Origin: the human T2T-CHM13v2.0 reference genome, Homo sapiens
DNA length: 64,000 nucleotides
Reading direction: 5' to 3' (one strand)
Assembly (NCBI RefSeq): GCF_009914755.1
Contig: NC_060937.1
Shown here: positions 1 through 11,208 of the stretch, one piece after another
Layout: every line of letters starts with the position of its first letter
How positions within the stretch are numbered: position 1 is the first letter of the stretch
Program-made: the position numbers and the translations under genes
The notes under the pieces: generated by a model
What the model was told of the DNA's origin: nothing
The model's input: only the letters and a program-made list of their open reading frames with translations
Databases searched by the model: none

Positions 1-605
1 GTCAAATATGAATCAACACCAAACCTCTAGAATAAGGCTTTTCATTTTATGAAATATGGAAGACAAGAGAGGGTAAATAAACCACAAAATAGCATACTTA
101 CAAATCCAGAATGTGGGACATTCCACAGGATAACTAACCCATTTTCTACTCCAAGATAATAACCTGAAAAAGGAAAGATGAGAGATACTTCTCTAGAGTA
201 AAAAGAAAATGTCCAGTAGAGACCAGAGAGGAGCGGGAAGGCCACTCTGAGTGAAGTAGATTCAGCAAAGATAAGAGTTGCATGTAACAGGACACCCAGA
301 GAATGCCTTCAAATTTATACCAGCTTGGTTCCCTCCAGCTTTAAAATCACAAACTCAATGTCACCTAATACATTGTCTATGGAAAACAGTTTTTAAAACA
401 CTTCAGTAAGGTTGGACAATAAATTGAAGAAAGAGCTTGAAAGGCTCACAGTGCTAGGTCAAGATGTTTAGATTTAAAGAATGTTACACATATGAGCCAT
501 TTTATTTAATTTTTTCACTTGAGAACATCAATTTGTAACTGGGGCAATATTGCCCCTGAGAAGGAGAAAGTGGTTATTGCAGGAGAAAAAAAAAATTCCA
601 GATAT

Positions 606-1188
606 TGACGTGGCTTAGTTGTCTGGTGTAAATACGTGGGGTTCGTCATCTTGTGCTAAGAAAATTTACGACGTGGACACACATGAGGAGTTTAGGAGCC
701 GAGGTTTAAAAGGCAAGTGAAAGAGAAAGCGGAACAGCTCTCTCTCTAGTGAGAGAGAGGGGCTTCCAAAAGGAAAGACCAGCTGGTGCTGGATGCACCC
801 GATTTTATAGGCAGGCTTGTGGAGGCGGTGTCTGATTTATGTAGGGCCCAGAGATTGGTTCCATCAGGTGTGAAATTTACCTAGGGTACAGGGAAGGCTG
901 GCCACCCCACCCTAATCTCATTATGCAAATAAGCTTTCCACTTAACTGGTGCCACCTTGTCTGCTCACTGCTGTACCAGTGGCTGGCAAAGAGAGAAGGG
1001 AAGATGAAGCTGCCATTTTGAACATGATTGTCACAACTGCCAGCATCTATACATGAAGCTCAATTTTACAGGCTTCTCTTTGTCAGAAAATGATTTTGGT
1101 CCTGCTTTTCGTTAAAAAGAAAACCTTTACTGAGGACTCCAGTACCCTCCCTATCTGCCTAAGTAATTGCTTCTTAACACCTATATCA
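606..1188 (-). mobile_element. ERV1 solo LTR, LTR9/MER61-like
   Basis: TG...CA termini; 4-bp TSD ATAT (602-605 and 1189-1192); minus strand begins TGATATAGGTGTTAAGAAGCAATTACTTAGGCAGATAG. Confidence 0.8.
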
Positions 1189-1275
1189 ATATTATAATGG
1201 TTTGTGGCCCTCCAAATGGCTTTAGTGCATACATGGTTATACAGCATTACTGGTGCATTAAAATTCATAAAGGTG

Positions 1276-1609
<334 letters not shown>

Positions 1610-2004
1610 TTAAGTCTCCTTAGGATACAATAATCAAAACAAGTTTTAAAAACCTAATCTAGAAAAAGTATAAACTTAAATTGACAATTCACATATCTAT
1701 AAAACATTTTATAAAATTTTAAACTATTAATAAAAGCAGAAGTCTTTATAAAAATTTAGGTCTCTGTCTAAAAACAATTTTCTTTGGACACATATTATCA
1801 CACACTATGAATCAGAAAATTAAGACATACTGTAAGTTATAAATAACAATATTTACCTGAGAACAATAAAAATCCATCCCCTACTTTATCTCCTCTAATC
1901 TATTTATCCTTGTGCCCCTAAACTTCATGCCTTAAGCAAATGACTATCAACTCTCGATTTGAAATGTGAAATGAGACAGCCTTCAGTTCTAACTTATATG
2001 TTCC

Positions 2005-2381
2005 TGCTATCGACTAAATGTTTGTTTCCACACCAAATTTATATGTTGAAAACCTAATCTCCAATGTCATGGCATTTGGAGTTGAGGCCTTTGAGAAGTA
2101 AGTAAAGTTGATTTCAATCATGAGAGTGGGACTATCGTGATGAAATTAATGCCCTTAAAATACAGACAGATACACGAAAGCTCTCTTTCTTCACTATGTG
2201 AGGATACAGAAAGAAGTCTGCTGTCTAAACCTAGGAAGAGGGCCCTGCCCAGATACTGAATATGCCAGCACCTTGATCGCGGACTCTCCAGCTTCCAGAA
2301 CTGTGAGAAAAAAAAACCTTTGTTGGTTAAGCCACCTGGTCTATGATATTTTGTTATGGAAGCCTAAACAAATATATGACA
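2005..2381 (+). mobile_element. MaLR solo LTR (MLT1A-like)
   Basis: TG...CA ends; MLT1 motifs (atatgttgaaaacctaatctccaatg, ccagcttccagaactgtgaga); near-TSD gttcc/tttcc. Confidence 0.85.
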
Positions 2382-3603
2382 TTTCCTAATCCAGCGAAAA
2401 CTGTCATCATTACATTTATTCAGCTGTGCATACCTTGAAGTCAGAAATTGAGTTTAGAGTTCAAATTTGTAGAAAAGTATGACTTTTTTTGGTAAAGCAT
2501 GAAAGGGTGTTATAGGCTATGTGGTTTTCTTCAGAGCTGCTGAGAGAGAGCAAAAATAAAACTGTGATGAAGACATTCTATAGGCTTTTTTGGTATGCTG
2601 TCAAAGAGAAGTGCAAAGGAGAAAGAGATACTAAGTTGGTTAACTGAAAGAATGATAAGTAAATTTAAGCATTTATTCCGGAGTATTCAACATCTATTCA
2701 CAGTAGCCAAACCTTGACAAAGGACTTTTTTAGCAGAAAGTTTACATATTTAATTAATTGTTTAATGTAAATAATGCTTTCAGAAAAGACTACTGGGGCA
2801 TGAAAACATTGACTAAGCAAGTCTTAATGTTTATATTTGAGTAGACAGAAAAAGAGAGTGTAAAATTTCCTGCCGATGACAGGACAATAGGAGAACACAA
2901 AAAGTTATAAGAACACAGAGTCAAAAAACACTCTTTCTACCTGGAAATAATAGGAAGATAAATGAGGTGATGGTTAAAATCCAAGCTCAGCCTCAAAATA
3001 TGAATGGTATAGTTACTGAAAAATAATAAATAATGAGAATGGAAGGCTACAAAGAAGAAACTACAACAATAATGGCACATTTGAAGAAGGTTCTTTTTAC
3101 CAAGCAATAGGCTTGCTGCCTGACATGCATAAAAGGCCAATACTATGGTACCAGCTGTTTTTTTTTCTTTTTGCAGCTTGCATTATGTTTTATCATTCTA
3201 AGTAGATAAAAACTCCAACTGATCACATACAATAATAGAATTAAGGTAACTCAATTTCTATTTGTTCTTCTTTGCTATAATTATCTATTTCTAATCTAGT
3301 GGGGTTTTTTATCGATTTGGGGGTAGAAATGTAATTTTGTTACATTGATATAATGTGTAATGGTGAAGTCTGGAATTTTAGTGTAACCATCATTTGAATA
3401 GTGTACACTATACACATTAGGTGATTAATATCTCACCCCTCATTCTCCTCCCACCCTTTCACCTTTCTGAATCTTCAGTGTTTATTATTACATTCTGTAT
3501 GCCCATGTGTACATGGACTTGTGAGAACATGCAGTATTGGACTTTCTGCTTCTGAATTATTTCACTTAAGACAATGACCTCCAGTTTCATCCCTGTTGCT
3601 GCC

Positions 3604-3772
3604 ATATATACATCTATATATATAGAGAGAGATATATACACACATATATATACACACACACATATATACACACACATATATACACATATATAGAGAGATA
3701 TATGTATATATCTCTCTATATATAGACAGTATATGCATATATACACACATATATATATATATAGAGAGAGAG
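3604..3772. repeat. Compound (TA)/(CA)/(GA) microsatellite
   Basis: Directly visible dinucleotide runs. Confidence 0.95.
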
Positions 3773-4317
3773 CATTTTCTTTATCTAAATATCTGTTGAT
3801 GGACACTTAGGTTGATTACATGACTTTCCTATTGTGAGTGGTGCTGTGATAAACATACAAGTGCAGGTATCTTTTTGATATGATTATTTCTTTTCCTTTG
3901 GGTAGATATGAGTATTAATATTCCTAGATTGAAGGGTAGTTCTATTTCTAGTTCTCTAAGAAATCTTGATACTATTTATCAATAGAGGTTGTACTAATTT
4001 ATGTTCTCAACAACAAAGTATAAGGGTTCCCTTTATTCCACATCCTCACCCTGTTGGTTTTAGACTTTTTAATAATACCCATTCTGACTGGTATAAGATG
4101 CGATCTCATTGTGGTTTCATGTTTTTTTGCCGTTTTTAAGTCTTCTTTTGAAAAATGCCTGTTCATATATTTGTCCACTTTGTATTTGGGCTGTTTTTTG
4201 ATTGTTGAATTGTTTGAGTTCCTTATAGATTATGAATATTAGGCCTTTGTTAGATATGTAGTTTGCAAATATTTTCTCCAGATATGCAGGTTGTCTTTTC
4301 ACACTGTTGGCTATTTC

Positions 4318-4628
4318 CTGTTTTTTTTTTTTCTTTCTTTTTTTTTTGAGATGGAGTCTCGCTCTGTCGCTCAGGCTGGAGTGCAGTGGCGCAATCTCAG
4401 TTCACTGCAAGCTCCGCCTCCCGGGTTCATGCCATTCTGCTGCCTCAGCTTCCTGAGTAGCTGGGACTACAGGAACCCGCCACCATGCTTGGCTAATTTT
4501 TTGTCTTTTTAGTAGAGACGGGGTTTCACCGTGTTAGCCAGGATGGTCTCGATCCCCTGACCTTGTGATCTGCCCACCTCAGCCTCCCAAAGTGCTGGGA
4601 TAACAGGCATGAGCCACTGCACCCAGCC
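4318..4628 (-). mobile_element. AluY, full length
   Basis: Poly-T followed by antisense Alu with gcaagctccgcc and gtgttagccaggatggtctcgatc; 15-bp TSD ACTGTTGGCTATTTC (4303-4317 and 4629-4643). Confidence 0.95.
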
Positions 4629-4712
4629 ACTGTTGGCTATTTCTTTAGCTGTGGCACCAGCTTTTGAGAAAAGAAGTTTTCTTGCAAGATTGACCAGCAA
4701 GAAGATAGGAAA

Positions 4713-4832
4713 TAACATTCAAATCTGTCTCCTTAAGCTGAGGTTTGGTGGCAGGTTTTCAAGGCAGAGAGCAGGTAATATTCAAATCTGTCTCCTCAAG
4801 CTGAGGTTTGGTGGCAGGATTCCAAGGCAGAG
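4713..4832 (+). repeat. Tandem duplication, 63-bp period, about 2 copies
   Basis: attcaaatctgtctcctYaagctgaggtttggtggcagg repeated in units starting at 4713 and 4776. Confidence 0.9.
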
Positions 4833-4985
4833 AATAACTTTGAGGGAGACAGGAAAATGCAACGATGTGTGATCTGACTGGGTCATGCAAAGAAGCAATG
4901 CCAGGTTCTTGGCTTTTAAGTTCATATTGCAAAAAACAGAGCACCCCTTGATTCTTAATTTAGTCTCAGATCCTCCATCAGAGTA

Positions 4986-5465
4986 TGCCGAGTCTGTCCC
5001 ACAGACTCTGGCCTAGCGACGGAAGAAAGAAGTACACAGACACAGGTATTTTGCCTGAGAGCGTGGCTAGGGGACTGCACGACTTAGCATCGCGACGAGA
5101 GTGCAGCCCCGACAAGCTGGAACCATTTGTATTTATTTAGTACAGATTAAATGACAAAGGCCTAGAGTAAACAGAGTTTGTGGGTAATTAACACTGTCGA
5201 CCCCCCGAGTAGAGAGCAGTCCTGCAGGTGAATGATCAAAGGTTAGTTTCCATAGACAAATTAAACAAATACATCTAGATAAATTCCTTTACAGTCCCTT
5301 GCTATCTACCCTTTGCCCTTAGTCTCAGGGTAAGATAATTTAGCTGCCTTCAGCTTTTATTCTCTCCCAAAGCTTTGCAAAACCTCCTGGCCTTCCATGA
5401 AGGTTTGCATCTTTCCCTTTAACTTTTCTTATAACTTTTCCCACCACCCTAAGTGATCTCCTACA
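4986..5465 (-). mobile_element. 3' LTR (LTR22 family)
   Basis: Direct repeat of 9540-10021; TG...CA ends; preceded on the minus strand by the polypurine tract. Confidence 0.92.
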
Positions 5466-5487
5466 TCTCCCCCTTTCCTGTTTTTTG
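5466..5487 (-). promoter_or_regulatory. Polypurine tract
   Basis: Minus strand AAAAAACAGGAAAGGGGGAGA abuts the 3' LTR. Confidence 0.85.
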
Positions 5488-6050
5488 CATCAGGTTTTGT
5501 TGATTGAAGAGTACAGATGTGTGCAGCAACAGGTTTGTCTGCTGTAGTGGTTACTGCTACTATTCCAGCTTTGCAGCCTGGAATTAGTAAATAACATGAG
5601 ACAAACATGAGTATAAACAATAATATTCTTTTCCAATCAAGGAGTGACAAGTAGTGTTACTTGACACCTTAATCCAATGTGTGCCATTAATGAGGGACCC
5701 TACTGGGCATAAGTCAATCCCTCCTAGCCAAGCAGTTGCATTGTTAGAGGCTGAGGAGGGGGTGTGAGAGGTCTGCCCAAGTAACAGGGTGGAAGAAAGG
5801 CGGATCTAGAAGATGGGCCTAATAGACAGTAGCAGGTGTGGGTTGTAGGCAGAGTGAGAGAATAAGAAAGGTTAATACCCTATGAGAGTTGCAATGTACA
5901 ACAGAGAGCATAGCAAGAAACAAATTATCTGAAGTGAATGGTGTCTGTGTCTGGAAAAGGGTTCACTCAGTCTTTTGAGCAGTCTTCTTTAGCGTAGTAT
6001 CTGGGGCCTGTGTCTTCCAAGGAAGCCACATTATCCAGGGCTATGGGTCC
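5488..6050 (-). pseudogene. env: env remnant: leader/SU start joined to TM C-terminus
   Basis: Only ~550 bp lie between the end of integrase and the PPT; hydrophobic membrane-anchor-like stretch ILLFILMFVSCYLLI (ORF 5429-5650). Confidence 0.65.
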
Positions 6051-8610
6051 CGCAGGGTCATTTCCTTTATTTCTGTTACCAGGTTGGGTCTTAGCCATGC
6101 CATGGTATGGTTTGATGCATAGTGCTGGAATCCAAAGAGGATGTGAGGGGGTGTGAACAAAAGCATATCCTCTTCCCCATGTTAGCAAATCATTTGGACC
6201 ACACCATAGATTACTATTTACATATTTCCATAAAACTGAAGGTTGTATATCTTGAATATTTTTGAAAAGTGCTTCTCTATAGCTGATTGAAATTTTTCAT
6301 CTAGATTTAAAAAATTAAGGGTAAATATTGCTTGTACCAATAGTGTTGCAGGGTCCCTACTCATATTCCCCCTTTTTTGTTTTTTGAGCATATTTTTAAG
6401 GGTGGAGTGGACATGTTCTACTATGGCCTGTCCTTGGGGGGGTTATAAGGGATGCCTGTGGAATGTTGGATGTTCCACGTGTCGCAAAATTGTTAAAATT
6501 GTGAGCTAATATAAGCTGGACCATTATCAGTTTTAATTTTTATGGGCCGCCCCATAAACGCAAAAGTTAAGAGAAGACTTTTAATGACATATTGGGAAGA
6601 CTCTCCAGGAAGAACATGAGTGCTAATTAAGTGGGAATTGGTATCAATGGATCCACATACATATCTTAGTTTTCCAAATTCAAGGACATGTGTAACATCT
6701 CTTTGCTATAACTTATTAGGTTCTAGTCCTCTAAGGTTAACACCTGTTGAAGGAGGGGACGTGCCTGTGAGCTGGCAATCTCAGCACTGTAAAATAATTT
6801 GTTTAGGTAGTTTTTGGCTGAGTAGAAAATGTTTAGATAAGTTTCTGCAATTTTGGAGAAATTGATGTGATTGGGTGGCTTGGTCAGGGAGGGACGTCAT
6901 AACCTGCAGCTCTGCTTGATCATTGCCATAAATCAGTGGGCCAGGTAGTGAGCTGTGAGCTCAAATATGTGTGATAAAAATAGGATGTGTACATTGATCC
7001 AACAATTGCTGAAGTTGAAGAAAAAGTGCACACAGTGTGTGATCGAGAGTGGACTTAATGAGAACTGTCTCAAGGTTCTGCAATAAATAAACAGAGTAAG
7101 CAGTCACTAACAATATTGATGGGCTGAGTGGAAAAGATTTCCAGGGCCAATATTAAGGATCCAACCTCAGCAATCTGAGTGCTAGTAAATCCAGATTGAG
7201 TGAGGGAGTTATGCAGTTACCACCAGATAGTTGCCTTTCCATTTTTACCAGAGTGATCAGTGAAAAGCATTAAAGTGTTAGGTATCGGGGAGTGAACTAC
7301 TTTTGTAGGCAAAACTACAAGAGTATGAAATAAGAACTGAAGTAGTTTGTCAGTAGAAAGGGCATGTTCTATATGGCCTGCATAATAAGAGAGTGCTATC
7401 TGCAGGTCTACAGATAAGAGCAAGATGGCTTCAAATTGCTTTTTACTCAAGGGAATTCTTATGACATCAGGGCCATAACCTAGCAATAGATTGCATTGTC
7501 TGTGGCCTGTATAGATGACTCTACTAACTAGCTGGATATAGGGAGATAGTGTTTTAGTCCCGGTATGTGAGCAAAAAACCCATTCTAGAAAGTGCAGCCC
7601 TGGGGCCACCTGTCCTATTAATCCTGTTGGGTAATGTTTAGTATGAAATACAAAAAATTGGACTGACTATTGTGCATCTATGTAATCTAGTTATGTCGGA
7701 GAAATAGCTTGCTCTATTTCCTAAATTTCCCTTTCTGCTGCAGGAGTTAAATACCTGGGAGAGTCTAGGGCTGTATTGCCCTTTACAATAGAAAACAGGT
7801 TTTGTAACTTATCAGTAGTTATGCCCAAGGTGGGGCAAAGCCAATTAATATTGCCCAGTAATTTTTGATAATCATTTAAGGTGTGTAAGTTGCTAGTATT
7901 TAATCTTTTGAGGTCCTACTGACTGGGAAGTTGGTATGTATCCAAGATATTTCCAAGGAGAGTACATTTTTACTTTTTCAGGTGCTATGATTAAACCTCT
8001 TAACAGTGTATTCCTTTGGACAGAGGCATATAAATTTAAAAGTACTGGCTCCGTTAGAGCTGCTAGTAAAATATCACCATAAAATGAATAATTTTGCAAT
8101 TATGAAATTCTTTTCTACTGGGGAGCAAAGCCTGAATGTGATACTGACACATGGTAGGACTGTTCAGCATTCCTTGAGGAAGTACTTTCTGATGAAATTG
8201 GTGAGCTGGACTTTCATTATTGATAGCTGTATTGTAAACACAAATTTTTCTCTGTCCTACTCTGCAAGGGGAATAGTATAAAAGCAGCCCTTTAAATCAA
8301 TAATGACTATAGGCCAACCTCAAAGAATCACTGCAGGGGAAGGGAGCCCCTGTTGAATGGGCCCCATAGCTTGCAAATTAGCATCGATAGTGTGAGAGTC
8401 ATGCAAAAGTTTCCATTTACCAGACTTTTTGGGAATGACAAAAATGGGCGAATTCCAAGGGCTGTTTGATGGCTCTATATGGCCAGATTTTAATTGCTCA
8501 ACTAATTCATGGGCTTGTTGTAACTTCTCTCCCTTTAAAGGCCAATGTTTTACTCAAATAGAATTTTGAGAGAGCCACATCAGGGGTAGGGGAGGAACAA
8601 TAGGGGCCAT
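6050..8610 (-). pseudogene. pol: pol pseudogene (RT, RNase H, integrase) with stops and frameshifts
   Basis: Minus-strand motifs [34 protein letters not shown] at a degenerate YMDD site, PWKYLGY, LFTDHSGKNGK, KTDNGPAY, PLWIP. Confidence 0.92.
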
Positions 8611-8614
8611 TATT

Positions 8615-9407
8615 TAAAAGCGTTTGTTATTCATATAATTCATCAAATTCTGCCCTCCAGAGGAGGTATTGACTGGCCTTTAAAGTTGTTTTTGCTAGCA
8701 CTGACCAGTCCCATGGGGTCATATGGAAGTTGTCTGCCATGGCCTTAATTAATCTTTTCATAAATGGATTAGCGTCTCCATTTTCTCTAATGCTTTTCCT
8801 TATCTTTTTATAAGTGTTGAAAGTAATGGGTTCATATTACTGATTCATACCTGTAATTCATATTACAGTGTTCATACCTGATTGCCTTGTTGATCTTGCA
8901 TCACCAGGCAGGCTAAGAGCTCCCCTTCTAATGCTGCTTGCCTAAGACAGGGTCCCATAGCTGTAGTGTATCCCTTGTCTTTCTTCCAATTTATTGGAGG
9001 AGGAGGCTCAGGGGAAATCTCCATTTTCTCTTTTGTGTCTTTACCCAGTAATGGCAGTGCTGAGGGAGAAGGAGGAGGTGGTAAGGTAGGTGATGGTTCC
9101 TCCTCCCTTCCCTTCTTAGGCTCTTCTGTGTAGAGCAGGACCAAAGCAGCCCTAACTAAGTCCCAGAACATTAGAGATGTTACTGGTACCTGTTGCTCTT
9201 GTGCATGATGTTGTTTAAGATTTATTCACACTTGTTCCCAGAGCTCCAGGTCTAATATCCCTTCTTCCATGAACCATGGAGTATGGGAAACAACAGTTGC
9301 ATTAGGTCCCTTAATTGAGCCTGCGAAACCATGATTCCACTAGCTTTAAGCAGCTGTTTCAATAGTTTAATATACTGTTTCTGTTGATCTGATAACTGTT
9401 GTCCCCT
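8615..9407 (-). pseudogene. gag: gag 5' remnant (MA to start of CA); start codon lost
   Basis: GQQLSDQQKQYIKLLKQLLKASG matrix-like start; ORF 8872-9171 with PPPPSPSA proline-rich segment; joined directly to the pol start. Confidence 0.8.
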
Positions 9408-9519
9408 AGCCTGAAAATTCCCTCAAACTTGGAAATCCCGAGCGGGCACCAATGACTTACTGACTATGCATTCTCTTCACCTTCATTTTCGAGGGTGCTG
9501 TCACAATCCGTTGCAGCAT

Positions 9520-9537
9520 TCCTCACACGGGGAACCA
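9520..9537 (-). promoter_or_regulatory. Primer-binding site for elongator tRNA-Met
   Basis: TGGTTCCCCGTGTGAGGA lies 2 nt after the 5' LTR; 17/18 complementary to the tRNA-Met 3' end TCCTCACACGGGGCACCA as I recall it. Confidence 0.88.
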
Positions 9538-9539
9538 GC

Positions 9540-10021
9540 TGCCAAGTCTGTCCCACAGACTCTGGCTGAGCGACAGCTGAAAGAAGTGTGCAGACACAGG
9601 TATTTTGTCTGAGAGCATGGCTAGGGGACTGCACAGCTTAGCACCACAGATGAGAGTGCAGCCTCGATAAGCTGGAGCCATTTTTATTTATTTAGTACAG
9701 ATTAAATGACAAAGGCCTGGAGTAAACACAATTTGTGGGTAATTAACATTGTCGACCCCCCGAGTAGAGAGCAGTCCTGCATGGGAATGATCAAAGGTTG
9801 GTTTCCATAGATGAAAGTAAACAAGTTTATCTAGATAAGTTCCTTTACCTTCCTTTGTTATCTACCCTTTGCCCTTAGTCTCAGGGTAAGATCATTTAGC
9901 TGCCTTCAGCTTTTATTCTCTCCTGAAGCTTCGCAAAACCTCCTGGCCTTCCATGAAGGTTTGTGTCTTTCCCTATAACTTTTCTTATAACTTTTCCCAC
10001 CACCCTGACTGATCTCCTACA
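9540..10021 (-). mobile_element. 5' LTR (LTR22 family)
   Basis: Direct repeat of 4986-5465; followed by the PBS. Confidence 0.92.
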
Positions 10022-10339
10022 CAAGTACTTAGTTTTCACATGTGATTGATTATCTTTGTTCCAGCTGGCTCCAGGGTCATGAATCAAGTATACTTGGTTC
10101 ATCTTGGCCTGCCCAGATTGTGTGACTTGCAACCTGGTGGTCCTTTGTAACTGAAAAACAATTCATCATTTTGTTACTCATAGAGTTGAATCAGAGCGAA
10201 CTGGTTCAGTTATAGTTTGGCAGTAGCAGAGATTGTAAACTGGAAAAGGAGGCTGAAGCACTAGGGTGATAGTTATTTTAGATGCCTCAATTATTATATT
10301 GAATAATCTGAAATTTACTCTCTTGACAATGGGAAATTG

Positions 10340-10790
10340 CTTTCTTATTTGTGTGGCAGAGACATGACTGTCTTTCCTTGCCCATTCCCCCTCTTCTTTG
10401 TTTAGCAACTGGATCCCAAAATTTGGCTACCCAGGATAAAAACTACATTTCCTGGCTTACATTGCAGTTGGGTGCCATTATATGACCATGTTACTCCTGA
10501 TGAGAAAAAGGCAGAAGTTTGTGCAAATTTCAGGAAGTGTTCTCAAAGAAAGTATCCATGCCCTTTTTTGCCCTTCCCTCATTCTTGTAGGGTGTAATAT
10601 GGGCCAGAAACCTGGGTCTGGACTATTCATCTTGAACAAGCAGACAAAAGCCAAATTGTAGGGATGACAAAACAGTGACCTGGAAGTGGTCTAAATCCCA
10701 GATAAATTTATGGAATAGAAATCTGAACTGCTTTAGCCACTATTGTATTGGGTTTTGTGTCATTTGAAGTTGAAACTAATCCATAGGTTG
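10340..10790 (+). mobile_element. Old MaLR LTR (MLT1I/J-like)
   Basis: aactacatttcctggc...gcagtt and 3' tttagccactattgtattgggtttt motifs. Confidence 0.65.
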
Positions 10791-11199
10791 TCTTTTTGTT
10801 TGTTTGTTAAACCAAGGAATAACATAGTCTGGATTTGCGTGTGTGTAGACCAGACTGGATAAAATGAAAAGCTTTTGAAAAAGCATACATTATAATTGTC
10901 AATATACAATAAAAGATATAATAAGGCTCTAAAAACAGACTGATGACAATAAGAAATATGCTTGAAGGATGGGATGAATAGGTATATGATTTTGATTCTA
11001 GGTGATTGGAAAAATACTGAAGTCTCTAAGTTTGGGGAAAAGATAAGTTTGTTTGTCTGTGTGTGTATAACCTGATTAGGGTGGCTATACAATGACTACA
11101 GTTTTATTTATTTTAATTAATCTTCTTTCTTGAAGGTAAAAGAAAACAGCTGGATAATAGAAACTAGGAAAACAGAAACTAGGAAACTTAGATTCCAGC

Positions 11200-11208
11200 C
11201 AAGATGGC
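11200..11208 (+). promoter_or_regulatory. YY1 motif at the L1 5' end
   Basis: CAAGATGGC at the element start, the canonical L1 position. Confidence 0.6.

Larger units (their letters stand above)
3300..4653 (-). mobile_element. L1 3' end (L1PB4/L1MA-like), 5'-truncated, interrupted by AluY
   Basis: Antisense L1 3'UTR and ORF2 C-terminus (ORF 4117-4302 [14 protein letters not shown]). Confidence 0.85.
4986..10021 (-). mobile_element. HERV-K(HML-5)/HERVK22 provirus with internal deletions
   Basis: Two ~480-bp direct-repeat LTRs starting TGTAGGAGATC; tRNA-Met PBS; polypurine tract; betaretroviral gag, RT, RNase H and integrase motifs; flanks agagta/caagta as a decayed TSD. Confidence 0.92.
4654..10215. 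mobile_element. Older LTR-like element (parts 4654-4985 and 10022-10215) that received the HML-5 provirus
   Basis: Flanks resemble MER4-group LTR sequence (caaatctgtctcc, gcaacctggtggtcc); family not determined. Confidence 0.4.

Noticed and set aside
4713-4832. Repeat-spacer appearance (CRISPR-like)
   Set aside because: Only two adjacent units, no unique spacers, no cas genes, and a primate context.
4609-4872. ORF with repeated NIQICLLKLRFGGR
   Set aside because: By-product of the 63-bp tandem duplication; it starts inside an Alu.
9520-9537. tRNA-Met-like sequence
   Set aside because: Only 18 nt at the retroviral PBS position; not a tRNA gene.
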